A DNA stretch of 53,334 nt, from contig JAUCBJ010001021.1 in assembly GCA_032718475.1 (NCBI GenBank), forward strand, positions 1 to 53,334. Reading direction: 5' to 3'. Position numbers and translations under genes: made by a program. Each line of letters begins with the position of its first letter. Within the stretch, counting starts at the first letter, position 1. Origin of the DNA: Nemertoderma westbladi. Taxonomy: Eukaryota > Animalia > Xenacoelomorpha. Shown one piece after another: positions 35,100-46,141 of the stretch. The notes below the pieces were generated by a model, which saw only the letters and a program-made list of their open reading frames with translations, ran no database searches and had not been told where the DNA came from.

Positions 35100-35603
35100 A
35101 CAACTGTGTCGATTTTTATCTCGGCACCCTCCGTTATGGTATTAGTTGTCGCGTCGAAAAACGGTGGCCATTCGTCTGATGGTCGTTGTAGGAAATCGGG
35201 TCCTCTAAACCAAAAGGATTTATTGTCCGGTTTACAAAAGTCAATCGGTAGCATCCCCCGTGACGCGATGTCAGCTGGGTTCAGCTTCCCTGGACAGTGA
35301 CGCCAATCTTGTTTGACCGACCGGTCTAATATTTCAGCCCATCTGTTGGCTACGAAAGTCTTGAACTTGAATGTTTCGTTGTTTATGTACCAAAGTACCA
35401 ACGTCGCATCTGTCCAATATGTGACCTTCAAGTTAGCCTCCAGCTCGCGTTGAACTAGACTGACAATATCGGAGGATATCGTCCTGGTTTGCAGCTCTCC
35501 ACGAGGTACAGTCATATACTTCAACGGCATTGTTCTAGCCCTTGAAGTAACGAGAGACACTTCGTAGCTGTCCGATGTTAGCGTCACTGAAGCTGTGAAG
35601 CTC
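35100..35603 (-). pseudogene. Bel/Pao RNase H region
   Basis: LHSFSDA (35600-35580), then a frameshift and apparent short deletion, then VPRGEL, WTDATLVL, FVANR and WRHCPGKLNPADIASRG. Confidence 0.88.
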
Positions 35604-36827
35604 TCAATTGGCAGGAAAGGTGGTCTGCAAAGGAAAGTATACCCTTGGTATGGTATAGTCTTGTAAGAACGTCAGTTGGGCTTCCCAGTCCCTCCATTGC
35701 TCAGCTAACTTTTCTGGAATGGGATCGTCCCATTCCAGTCCGGCTTGCCAAATGCTGCGGAGTATGATCCTGGCATGTAGGATCACTGTACTAATGAAAC
35801 ACAATGGGTCATACAATCGACTCATGGTCGATAAGCAAGTCCTCTTAGTGAGAGGTCTAGTCTGTCCGTTGGACCTTACACATACCCTAAAGTTGTCGGT
35901 GTTCGGGTCCCAACTAAGTCCTAATACCTTGGTCGTAGGTAGAGGTTCTAGGTCTAAGTCAAAATCACCTCCACTGCGATCCGTCGGGTCGAATGAGTTC
36001 ACTAATTCGGGTTTGTTGGAAACAAACTTCGTGAGGCGGAATCCATCCTCAGCGAGACAATCTTGGAGTTGGTGTGCTACGGTCATAGCGCGCTCCAGAG
36101 TGTCACAACTCTTGAGGCCGTCATCCACGTAGAAGTCTCGTTCCACTGTCCGAACTACTTCTGCGTCAAATTGGTCTTGTCTGTCCAATGCAGTCTGCTT
36201 TAAGGCATACATGGTGCAGTTGGGGCTGTCCCTGGCTCCTAAAACTCTTACCTGCATTTGGTAAGTTTCTGGCGGAAGTTCTAAATTTCCATCCGGATAC
36301 CAAAGAAACCTCAAACTGTCCCTGTCCCGCTCCAAAGCCTTAACCTGGTGAAACATGGCCTCTACGTCACATGTGAAAGCCACTTTGCATTGTCTAAAAT
36401 GCATTAGGACTCCCATGAGGTAATTATTCATATTCGGCCCATCCATCAGTTCGCTGTTCATAGACATCCCTTGGTAAAGCGCAGCGCAGTCGTTGACTAC
36501 ACGCACCTTGCCAGGTTTGTCCGGGTGTCGAACAAAATGATGTGGCAGGTAATATGTCTGATCTGTGGTTACCTCGGGATTTAACATCCTAATGGCGTAT
36601 CCCTTTTGGAGATACGTCTGAAGTTGCGCATAGTATTGCATATGGGCCGTGTCATCACGCAACAATCGCTGCCTTATTGATTTGAGTAGCCTCAAAGCAA
36701 GCGGGTAGTTGTTAACGAGCTTAGGTTGTCCATTGCCCCAAAACATGCCTACTTTGTAGTGGCCATTCACAGTCTGGCGAATGGTATCTCTCATAATATT
36801 TAATGACCATTTTTCCTGTTCTGACAT
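35604..36827 (-). CDS. Bel/Pao reverse transcriptase domain (open segment of a disrupted pol)
   Basis: YYLPHH, KVRVVNDCAA, DVEAMFHQV, LRFLW, FYVDD, KVLGLSWD and YDPL. Confidence 0.95.
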   Translation of the reverse strand: MSEQEKWSLNIMRDTIRQTVNGHYKVGMFWGNGQPKLVNNYPLALRLLKSIRQRLLRDDTAHMQYYAQLQTYLQKGYAIRMLNPEVTTDQTYYLPHHFVRHPDKPGKVRVVNDCAALYQGMSMNSELMDGPNMNNYLMGVLMHFRQCKVAFTCDVEAMFHQVKALERDRDSLRFLWYPDGNLELPPETYQMQVRVLGARDSPNCTMYALKQTALDRQDQFDAEVVRTVERDFYVDDGLKSCDTLERAMTVAHQLQDCLAEDGFRLTKFVSNKPELVNSFDPTDRSGGDFDLDLEPLPTTKVLGLSWDPNTDNFRVCVRSNGQTRPLTKRTCLSTMSRLYDPLCFISTVILHARIILRSIWQAGLEWDDPIPEKLAEQWRDWEAQLTFLQDYTIPRVYFPLQTTFPAN

Positions 36828-37213
36828 AGCGGTCTCGTAACTACCGGGTTTGCTGAGTCCTGTTCTAACAATTTAATGGTCCGTTCAGTCAGCAGTCGGT
36901 CAAGCGCTGCTTGCACTGCGCCATGGTCCTCATCCACGTCTTCGTCCACTGCGGTGGCTAGTATCAATGTGTCTGGTAGGCTCGCAAGCCTTCCGGTGTC
37001 ACTAGTCCGCATCGAAAAGTTGTGAGGCGGTTTGACAACCTTCTGATCTGTCGGTAGGCTCGCAAGCCTTCCAAGATCAATGACCGGTGTCGAAGCCTGG
37101 TGGGTGGGGTCAATGACCTTCGGATTTTTCGGTAGGCTAGCAAGCCTTCCAAAACCCTCGTTCATCGAGTCATCCACAGCAACAACCCTTTGGTCTTCAG
37201 TAGTCAATACAAC

Positions 37214-37930
37214 CTAGTTTACTGCAAGTAGTTGTAAGTCAGAGGTCCATGTGGTTGTGTCCAGATCAGTTACGTCAGTATCGGTTACGTCAGCATTAGC
37301 GACGCAAGTCTGTCGTAGTGCAGTCTGTACAATTGGACCACAGGAGTGTGTAGGAGAATTATCTATCGTGGTAGTCAATAAACTACACGTACTCAAAACG
37401 TCGTCCTCCTGGTCACTTACCTCTAGTGAACGCACTGGTGCTCTAGTATACCAACCTATGGGAGTTCTACATGCGTATGGGTTGCCCGCTGTAATAACAG
37501 ATGGGTGTGTCTCCCATACCTGATGTAAGTTAAACTGGTCTGTCCCAATCAACATCGCGATTGAACGATAGTTAACAGGACATTCCGGTATTCCAAGATG
37601 TCGGAAATACTTACGATCTTCCGGTGATTGCTCTGGCACAGGGCTGAGCAACTTACTAAAGTCCTTCGTAGCTGCAAAGGTCAAATTTCTTACCGGAAGT
37701 AATGAGCGCTCCTCCTTGTTGTGTTCCGCTTTGGAAAGAAGAGTGTCTAAGGTTAATTTTACTCTCGTCACTGGGATCGCTCTCTTACCATGCATGCTGC
37801 TTACAGTATACTGAGCAGTCTTACCTTTACTCATGTCCGTAACTATGTCTGCTACTTGTTCGTCGACGTACTATGCGATGACGCAGAGTCTAAGATAGCG
37901 TATATACACTTGCTCCCTCGGGTTCCGGTA
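37214..37930 (-). pseudogene. Bel/Pao aspartic protease (frameshifted)
   Basis: YAILDSASSHS with the catalytic D at 37888-37890, then MLIGTD and PYACRTPIGW. Confidence 0.8.
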
Positions 37931-37935
37931 ATCTT

Positions 37936-40900
37936 TCAAGGAATCACGCTAAACCCTTTCAATTGGTTCTTTGTGAGGAGTGTTATCGATGGTTGTTCCT
38001 CCCCCACATGCACATAAAAGGTGTCGTCTTCCTCCTCGTCCTCATCCGATGATCTTGATTGATCCATACAATCTGTATAGAACGTGCGAATCTCGCGTGG
38101 CGCATGCTCTTTATAAAGTGCGTCGCATCTAGCCGCCTTATCTGGATGCTCTCGTCGAAAGCGTTTGGTCGGAGTATGACTATTTGTGTGAAGTAACGCG
38201 TCGTGGTTACGTCCACATAGAGGACATATATCGTCGCTCGGGCAATCCTTCCGGACGTGTCCAGGCTTGGTACATCTCCAACAAGAATCCAAAGATCGAA
38301 TTTGAAGTCTCCTTTCTTCAACTCCCAACTCTTTAAAAGCGCGACATCCACGTAGTTTATGTCTTCTGTGGTTTCTGCCGTTCCTTTCGCAATATGAGCA
38401 TCCCACAAATTCTGCCGGCAACTGTTTTCGTGGCTGCTTGGTGCCGATAGGCGTCAGAACTTTAGAAGTTTCTGTTGGGGTGGCATAAGTCACAGCCTTC
38501 GCGTTCGTCGGAAATGGTTTGGTCCGAGTCGGCACAGCAATAGCTATTCCTTCTGCTGCTATATGGTGGTCAGTGTAGTTTGATTGAGTCTCAACTACGG
38601 CCTCCCGCGAAATCAGTTGGTAGACGTCGGTAAGTTTTAATAGCCCACCGGCCTCTTCATGCTGATACTCATTACGTCGCCATTCTCGTCGTAATCGATG
38701 ATGGAGTCGACCGATTATCCTAATGAGAACTGTCGGTGCATTGGCATACTCGAGTTGTCCAATGGACCGTAAAGTCCCTATAGTGTTCTTTATTTCATCC
38801 GCGAGTCGTAGAAGATCGATCGGTTTCGAAATGCTTCCTCCTCTACAGAGGTCTTCGATAATAGATTTAGCCATAGCTACGTTGCCACCGTAAATCGAAT
38901 ACAAGCGGTCGTACACCAACTCAAAGGCATCTGGAACACCAATAAAGGTCTCCGCTAATCGTTTCGGCTACCAGACAGAACCTGGAGCAAGTAGTTAAAC
39001 TTCTCCGTCGAGGTGAAGGCACACTTTTCGATCTGGGACTCTACATAGTCTACCAGCGTATGCCAGTGCTTTGCGTTGCCAGAGAACTTCGGCGGTAATC
39101 CATGTCTAGCCGCAATCTTCGCAATCTCGCTAACTAAATCCAACTGTCCGCGTCCCTGTTCAGTTGCATCGTCCAGTCGTTCCCTTCTGCGCGTCGTCCG
39201 TCGGTAAGAAATATTAACGGGATCTTCTTCTCGATGGTTCGGAGTCTGTCTAGTCTCCTGTTCTCTCCTTGGTGGTTGATGTTGTCTAGGTTGTTCCAAC
39301 TCCACGCTGGTTCGCGATCGATCCGACGGTTGCGCTTCGAGTCACTCTTCGAGTTGAGCTAGTCGGTCCGTTACAGGTAGCATTATTTCGGTGAGTCTGT
39401 TGGTGCAGATCGCTTCCGCTGGTTGCAATGTGGGTTTCTGCAAAGGTGTTGCTCATGGAGGATTGCCGATGTATTGGTTGGTCGATCTCTCCTCCCGTTT
39501 GTAATCAGCTGCCACTGCCACTCCAGTACGGAATATTTCCCATTCCGTCGACTCCGAGTCACTGGATGAGTCGCTGTCATCCGGATAAGGTGGTTGGCGG
39601 GTTCGCGTACAGCGTATTATTCTTCGTCGTGTTCGTTGTGGTCTGGGATCTATGGCTCTCCGTCGTTCGGTAGGCTCGCAAGCCTTCCACGAAGTCGTAG
39701 GTCTCATTAAACTTGGTTCGATCCTGTGGGTACTACCCACATCCGTTGTCCTTCATTGTTTGGTAGGCTCACAAGCCTTCCACGAAGTCATAGGTCTCGT
39801 CGAACATTGTGTCAACGGTCGAATAAAATAGTCGGGTTTCGTAGTCGGTCTGTAAATGACTGGGTTCGCGCAGCACATCACAGGTTTAACTGCTAACGGC
39901 TTACTTACCTGCTTAATTGTCATAAATACAGATTCCTCTCTCCCTACAAGTAGACTACGACTTACTGTAGGTGGACGATTTACTTTACCTTTTAGGATTG
40001 GCGATGAAGTTGCCCTAGGTTGCGGTATTTCCGTCACAACAAACCTGTTACCTTGCGTTGAGCGCACAGGTGATATTTCTTTAGGTTTCGTAACAAAAAC
40101 CGGTTTTATTGGAGTTGTAGGTTTGAGCATAGGAATCACTTGTGGAAAACGTTTACAGTAATCCTCGACGAACTCCTCTCCTCCATCTATCGCTCCCACA
40201 CTTCCTTCCTCGATTTGCTTCTGAATCCCGCGATATCGTGTCTCCATGCGATCCAGGGCAGACAAGTCATGTCCAGCTCGAGATCTTATATATCTACCTC
40301 TCGCGTCGAGTTCGAGGTCCTCTTGCGCATTCGCTGCCTCGCGCGATCTGCGATTTAGTTCGAACTGGAGTTGCATCTCCCTTTCGTGTTGATCTGCTAC
40401 CTGTTGTTGTGCCGCTAACTCCGCTTCCTGTATAGCTAAACGAGCGTTTATTTGTCTCGCTTCCAACTTGGCATGAGCGTCGGATGCTGCTTTCTTCCAT
40501 GCTAACTCGTCAGCTGCCGCCTGTCGTGCTAACTCATCGGCTGCTGCCGCTGCGGCCGCTTCTCGCGCTAAGTCCTCCTCTAATCTCCACATCTCAGATG
40601 CTTCGAACTCAGCTTGAGCTTGGAGTTTCGCAAGTTTTGCTACATCCTCTCTGCCCTGTCTTTCTCCTTCGATGGTGATCTGTGCCATCTGCCATTGCGC
40701 TTCTTCCTCGGCGACTTGTTGTCGGCGTGCGACCTCCTGTTGTTGTCGAGTAATTACAGACGATGTCCTACTAATGTTGCCAACGTCGCTCCGTACACTA
40801 ACGAACGATCTATCCAGTGGTGGAATTTGGTAGGCTCACGAGCCTTCCATCGTTAGAACTTCCGTCGTCCCTTGCAGTTCGACTTCCGGTTCTTCGATCG

Positions 40901-41573
40901 GTACGCCGTTTCTACGAAGAAAATTGGTGAGCGTCTCCAACCTCCCGTCCAGGCGATAGAGTTCTTCTTCCTCTTCGGGTTGCAACAACACGTCCAAAAC
41001 TGACTCACCTAGCAGTTGGTCGAACTGCTCCTGTTGAGCCAATCTTATTACTGACTTAAACTGGATGAGGCTTTCCCTCGCACTTACCAACTTATCTATT
41101 ATCTTTACCTGAGTAAAGTTGTCGCCACGCAACTCTGCAAGTTCGTGTAAACCTTTAAGTTTATCTACGGAAAAATGTACCCTACTTTCTATCCTTACCT
41201 GTAAGGTGTAGAACTCGTATCTCGACATCAGGGCAGTTAGCTCGCGTAAAACGCGAAAACCTTCTCCGAAGTTTCGAGTTATCTGGGCCATGTGTCCTCC
41301 TATACTCCTAATAACATTTTCTTGGCTTCCCGCCAAGCTTACCATGTCTGGTTCCCGCGACCTGGTCTGCGGGACGGTAAGGAAATCTTCGATTCTGCCG
41401 TCGCCACGATTTGCCACTTCCGGTGTTTCCGTTCGGGGCACCGGCGACGCACGCGGTGTGACATCGGTGGAATCTCGGGTTCTCCTTCTCGGTTCGTCTA
41501 CTGTCGATCTGTCCGGGTCGCACGAGTCATAGTCGGTAGGTGGGTATCGAGTCGAATGTGGTGTGTCACTCAT
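37936..41573 (-). pseudogene. Bel/Pao gag (long, disrupted)
   Basis: Coiled-coil N-terminal half, DUF1759-like LPPKFSGNAKHW...EKFNYL, and the triple Cys/His array CSYC..H..C, CWRCTKPGHVRKDC, CPLCGRNHDALLH. In-frame TGA stops at 40836 and 39753, plus frameshifts. Confidence 0.9.
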
Positions 41574-44224
41574 GTCTTATTATATACGTCAAGTACGGGT
41601 AATAAAATGTCAAAGTATCAGAATGTCGAAATGTCAAAATGTCAAAATGTCAAACTTACCTTGGTATATATATATACTATATATATATACCCTAACCGGT
41701 ACAAATAAAATCAAAGTATATAATAAAATATGTAATAATCTAGCCCACCGGCTAAATTTGTACGAATAAGTGAGATAACGGTATACGTTACCAAAATGTA
41801 GATCAACAAGTACAACTAATAGGCAAAACAGCAACGTCTAACGGGAAATAAGTACCAACAACACTACTAATTAGACAGTGAAACCCACAAATTTTGAGTA
41901 CTACTATGCTCTTAAGTTTGAATGACACGAGTCGTAAAACTTACGCTCCTTTGATCTTCCAGTCGTGCAAATTCCCAAATACAAACCGGACGTGGGTCGT
42001 TCGACGTCGCGGACGAATTTTGTGTCTCCCAAACTTTGCGAAAAGCGGTCTAATCCCTCGAAGCGTTCCAGAAATGAGTCCTTGAGTCCTGAAAAGTCGA
42101 AGGTGAGAGTTTTACTTCTACTCTATGAAAAATCTTCCTAGGTACCGATACAACCTGGTCTTTAAACCCTATGTAACTTTTCAAGTACCGAAAGTAACAC
42201 CGCACACACACGGTGTAAAACAAATTGCTATAAACTAACTATTAGCTAGTCAAATATTAAATACGAAACTACTAGCTACCCTAAAAGCCTACTGAAGCAA
42301 CGTACAAAATGTTGCCTTACAGAAGGAACGAATACTATTTTATATATTCTCCGGCAGGGTCTACCTTACTTTTTAACTAATCTAGAATATTTAATAATAA
42401 AATATTCCATACTTTGAGATCCTTTACAGTAAGAACTATCCTAAAGCCTACAAATCTACTAATATTAAGCTATAGAATATCTCCTACTGTAAAGTCCAGT
42501 AGTATACCACTTACCGGATCCTAGTAACGATGTATCTTACCGTAAGATCTAGTAATGTACACGGGCTCGTACAGTATCTGGTAATAAATCCAAGTCCAGG
42601 GTGTCTAAATAAACAGCTACAAGTACGCGAACAACTACTGGCGAGGAGCAGAGCCTAGTGTCTATTCTAGGTTCGTGAGCGAGTCTAATGCCTACGAACT
42701 AGACAAAAGGATACCTGTCCTCTAACCGGTGAGGCAGATGTACAGTCTATGGTGACAGACCAAACTCAGGGGAAAACAATCCCCGCGCAGCAAATCCTAA
42801 CTATCGCTAACAGACCTAAATACCGTAAACTTGCCACGGTGTGATTTATATGGTTTATATACGAGCTAGTGGATTAACAGACTAGCGTAACAATACTGAC
42901 CAGTACTCAATCAGTCTAAAGGGGGTCGTGTCTAATGTAACAATACTGTGAGCAGAAAAAACAGTCTAATAAGTAAATACCCCTTTTGCCGTAACTAAAT
43001 ATCAGATCCTAAATTTACAAACTACGAATAGTAAATTACAGATAGATTCTGCCTGAGAGTAATCTAAAATAAGCTATAACTAGTAGAGCTCTAAGGGTAC
43101 ATATGTTCTACATGTACATATGTATGGGTACATATGTACATATGCGTACATGTGTTATAAATAAAACAATTTTGATGTACTCCATTGTACTAGGTTTTAG
43201 TGATTTTCTGACCGAAACAATACCGTGCGCTAGCTACGAAAATAAGCTAGTCGCGCTCTGTAGAACTTTATACTTACAAAATGACGTCAAACCTCTCTCC
43301 TTCCTATCCACAACTCAACCGGGCAATTACGGTGTTAGTAACTACACCCGTGATCGGCACAAATACCAGATTCTTGTTGTAAGATAAGAAATAGGGGTTA
43401 ATTGCTACCGTACATTAGCTGATCTGGTATACAAATTTGATTCTAGAATTTTGTTGCCGCGGTGGTTCGCAGCAATACCTATCAGTACGTGGCAAGGCGC
43501 GGTAGGATATTAATAAACTTCCCTAGGCCAAGCGAAGTGCCGGTAGCAGAAATACTCCTTGCCTGATCAAATAACTCGGGTTCAGGCAGGGGGGGGGGGG
43601 GTAGTAATGTATAAACTACAAAGCAAACCGGTACCGAACTGTCAGTATTGCGAATCACTAAATTATGGAACATATGCTGTCTGTACCTAATATGTACTCG
43701 CATATTGACGAATGGCAATAGTTCACACCTATAGGGAATACAGGTTAATCCAGGGATTTGCAGTACAGGTTCTGCTCTGTAGCCTAGCTATTTGATCCTA
43801 AATTTTGCGGCGTCCCAGGATGGCGTCACGCTTACCCTGATCTATAGGTTTTACGGCGGGCAAGGGCGTCAAACAAAGTCTTACCTTCCTCGGAATCGGG
43901 CGCTGCATGGCAAAGGTGGAGTATTTCGAAGGGGCGAAGGGGGTGTGTGGGCTAATCTAATGTGGGCGCTAGCGTGTTGTGGACATCTTCCCTGCGTTGC
44001 TGACGGCCTAACGGTCTAGGCAGCCATCCTCCCAATGCTTGGCTGTCCCAATGGTGGACAAAGGGAAATATACATGTTCAGAGTTTACAGTATATTTACA
44101 GTAATTTACAAAAGAGTTTATCAACCAAATTTACATAAGTTTCAACAAGAAACTAACAAATGTAACTAAAGAATGGTGATAAAGCAAAGATTGTTAGAAA
44201 TAACAATGTATACGATTAGGTATA

Positions 44225-44380
44225 AGTGAGTGATAACCGAAGGCAAACCAGCCCTTATATAGCAAATCTGGGACATAGAATCCACTAGAACATTCCAGAG
44301 TATTCCATGGCCTCACAGATGTTCTATGCCCTATGATTGGCCCAACTCATCGTTCCATACGTTGTACACACCTCATTGGC
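44225..44380 (-). promoter_or_regulatory. LTR Pol II promoter: CCAAT boxes, TATA and Inr
   Basis: TATATAA at 44261-44255, TCACTC Inr with its A at 44231 (30 nt downstream), and CCAAT at ~44340 and ~44379. Same layout at 27217/27187 in the other LTR. Confidence 0.7.
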
Positions 44381-44403
44381 TTATGTAATTAGAATGCAAA
44401 TTT

Positions 44404-44473
44404 CCCAACCGGGATTCGAACTCATAACCTAGTTGTAATGTAACCAACACCTTATCCATCTGACCACTGCGCC
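44404..44473 (-). other. tRNA-like Pol III cassette in U3 of the 5' LTR
   Basis: Same A/B boxes as 27398-27467. The downstream T5 run is absent because of a ~26-bp indel. Confidence 0.6.
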
Positions 44474-44754
44474 AATGGAGTTACCTATGTGTTTATGTGT
44501 ACCAATATGAATAGGCATATTACATTACTGTAATTTAATCAAAATGCGTCGGATTTTAGAAAGTTTTTACGTCAAACTGCAAATGCTACCTTATAGTGAA
44601 ATAATCCATCAAATATGAAGCAAATAATTTCATTATCAAGCACGTTTACAAGATATAAGATACGATTACCGAATATTTATAAAAAATGCCCATGATGCAC
44701 AACCAGATAAATAACAACGAATAGAGCCAAATAATAAATTTAGTTTCCTATATT

Positions 44755-45025
44755 TAGGAGCCCGCTCGACAGGCGGGATACTTACTGTAAAAATCTGCGG
44801 GATACTTACTGTAACAATCTCAGGATATATATCACTGACTGACTGACTGACTGGTAATTATTCAGGTTCGGCACTTCTTGCCTGGCGATTTTGTTGAAAT
44901 TTTACAAGTAAATTGGTTTGGTAGTTCATAATCGCATTACAAAATATCAGATCGATTCTATGTGTGGTATTCGTTATATTTCATTTTTTGAAATTATTTT
45001 GTCGCGAAATTAAAAGCAATGGTTT
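44755..45025 (-). mobile_element. Helentron/DINE-like element fragment, inverted relative to 45993-46141
   Basis: 44870-45022 is the reverse complement of 45993-46141 and adjoins a short (CTGA)4 at ~44835-44852. Confidence 0.55.
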
Positions 45026-45538
45026 TAAAGTAACAACTCCTGCCTGAGCTGCTGCAGCAGCTAGCTGTGTAGGAATGGTGGAGTGCAGGGCTGCCTGATA
45101 TAGAATTCCATCCAGACCATCAAGGCAGAATTTCTTGATTTCTTGACCCTCCTGCTGCTGGCTGAGTCTACACATCCTTTATCAGCTCTCAGGGATAGAC
45201 AGAAAATAGTTGCGTTGTCAATAAACAAAATAAATTATACCACTGCAGTAGGATTATATTATTATTCCACGAATCAATGGGCTGATTGTTTTGTATAGGA
45301 TATATGTAGAATGTTCTTAAAAATAATATTCTTATTTTTTTTTCCTTAGGATTAGCATCATTTTTTAGCTGAAGCATTAATAGTGTAAATTAATTTAATT
45401 ATATTTTAATACCATTACTACATTGGCATACTGTAAGATAATTTTAACATTTCTTACAAATAGTGGTGCGAGCATAAAAATCAAATCACGCGAATTTAAA
45501 AGAACCGAGTGTGTTGTCATAGCAAAGTTTCATTTTTT

Positions 45539-45700
45539 ATTATGTGGGACGAGCCACAAAGTCAGCTAGCCTCACGCCTTACAGTTTAGACAATTGTTTA
45601 TGTTTAGTTTACTTACTGCTGACTGAAATAGTTCTTTGTAATAGTCTTGGCTATGATTCTTCCCCGGGTTCCTTCCAGCCAGCTTGCTGGCTTTCTAGTT
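45539..45700 (-). mobile_element. Second copy of the 25182-25345 element
   Basis: Reverse-complement match by eye. Confidence 0.6.
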
Positions 45701-46141
45701 ATATTAGGTATTACCCCGTCGACAAGCGGAATATCACTTTCCATTGAATCCTATGTGAATATGTAATATAGGTTACTCCTGCTAAGGTAGGCCAGAGCGG
45801 GCTCCTTAAATACATGCAACTACTGTATTATACTGTAAGTCAACTATAAAACATTTTGCAATCCACAGTGAGTAACAACGTCGATAGGACACAACACACT
45901 GCTTTGTGTAACTAAAATTCAACCAACACGTTTTACTATGACTGTGTATAACATATTAAGCATTATTTCATCATGAACACCAGCTGTTATTTTACCATTG
46001 CTTTTAATTTCGCGACAAAATAATGTCAAAAAACTAAATATCTCGAATACCACACATAGATTCGATCTAAAATTTTGTAACGCGATTATGAACCACCAAA
46101 GCAATGTACATGCAAAATTTCATTAAAATTGCCAGGCAGTA

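Larger units (their letters stand above)
28073..40848 (-). repeat. Dispersed 20-nt hairpin motif GGAAGGCT-N4-AGCCTACC, 12 copies
   Basis: Starts at 28073, 28221, 29680, 31191, 32329 (reverse orientation), 34242 (variant), 36975, 37053, 37131, 39669, 39762 and 40829. Confidence 0.95.
25385..44611 (-). mobile_element. Full-length, decayed Bel/Pao LTR retrotransposon (~19.2 kb) with accessory ORFs
   Basis: Direct ~2.2-kb LTRs, AATAT at 25380-25384 and 44612-44616, and Bel/Pao-type gag, protease, RT (YVDD), RNase H and integrase in that order. Confidence 0.95.
42413..44611 (-). repeat. 5' LTR
   Basis: Direct repeat of 25385-27605, lying upstream of gag on the minus strand. Confidence 0.95.

Noticed and set aside
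28073-40848. Hairpin repeats as a CRISPR array
   Set aside because: The copies are dispersed at irregular distances inside retrotransposon ORFs, the context is eukaryotic, and there are no cas genes.
25182-45700. Inverted ~165-bp repeats flanking the LTR element as ends of a composite transposon
   Set aside because: They belong to a dispersed family (pieces also at ~12698 and ~53040), sit asymmetrically, and the LTR element has its own TSD.
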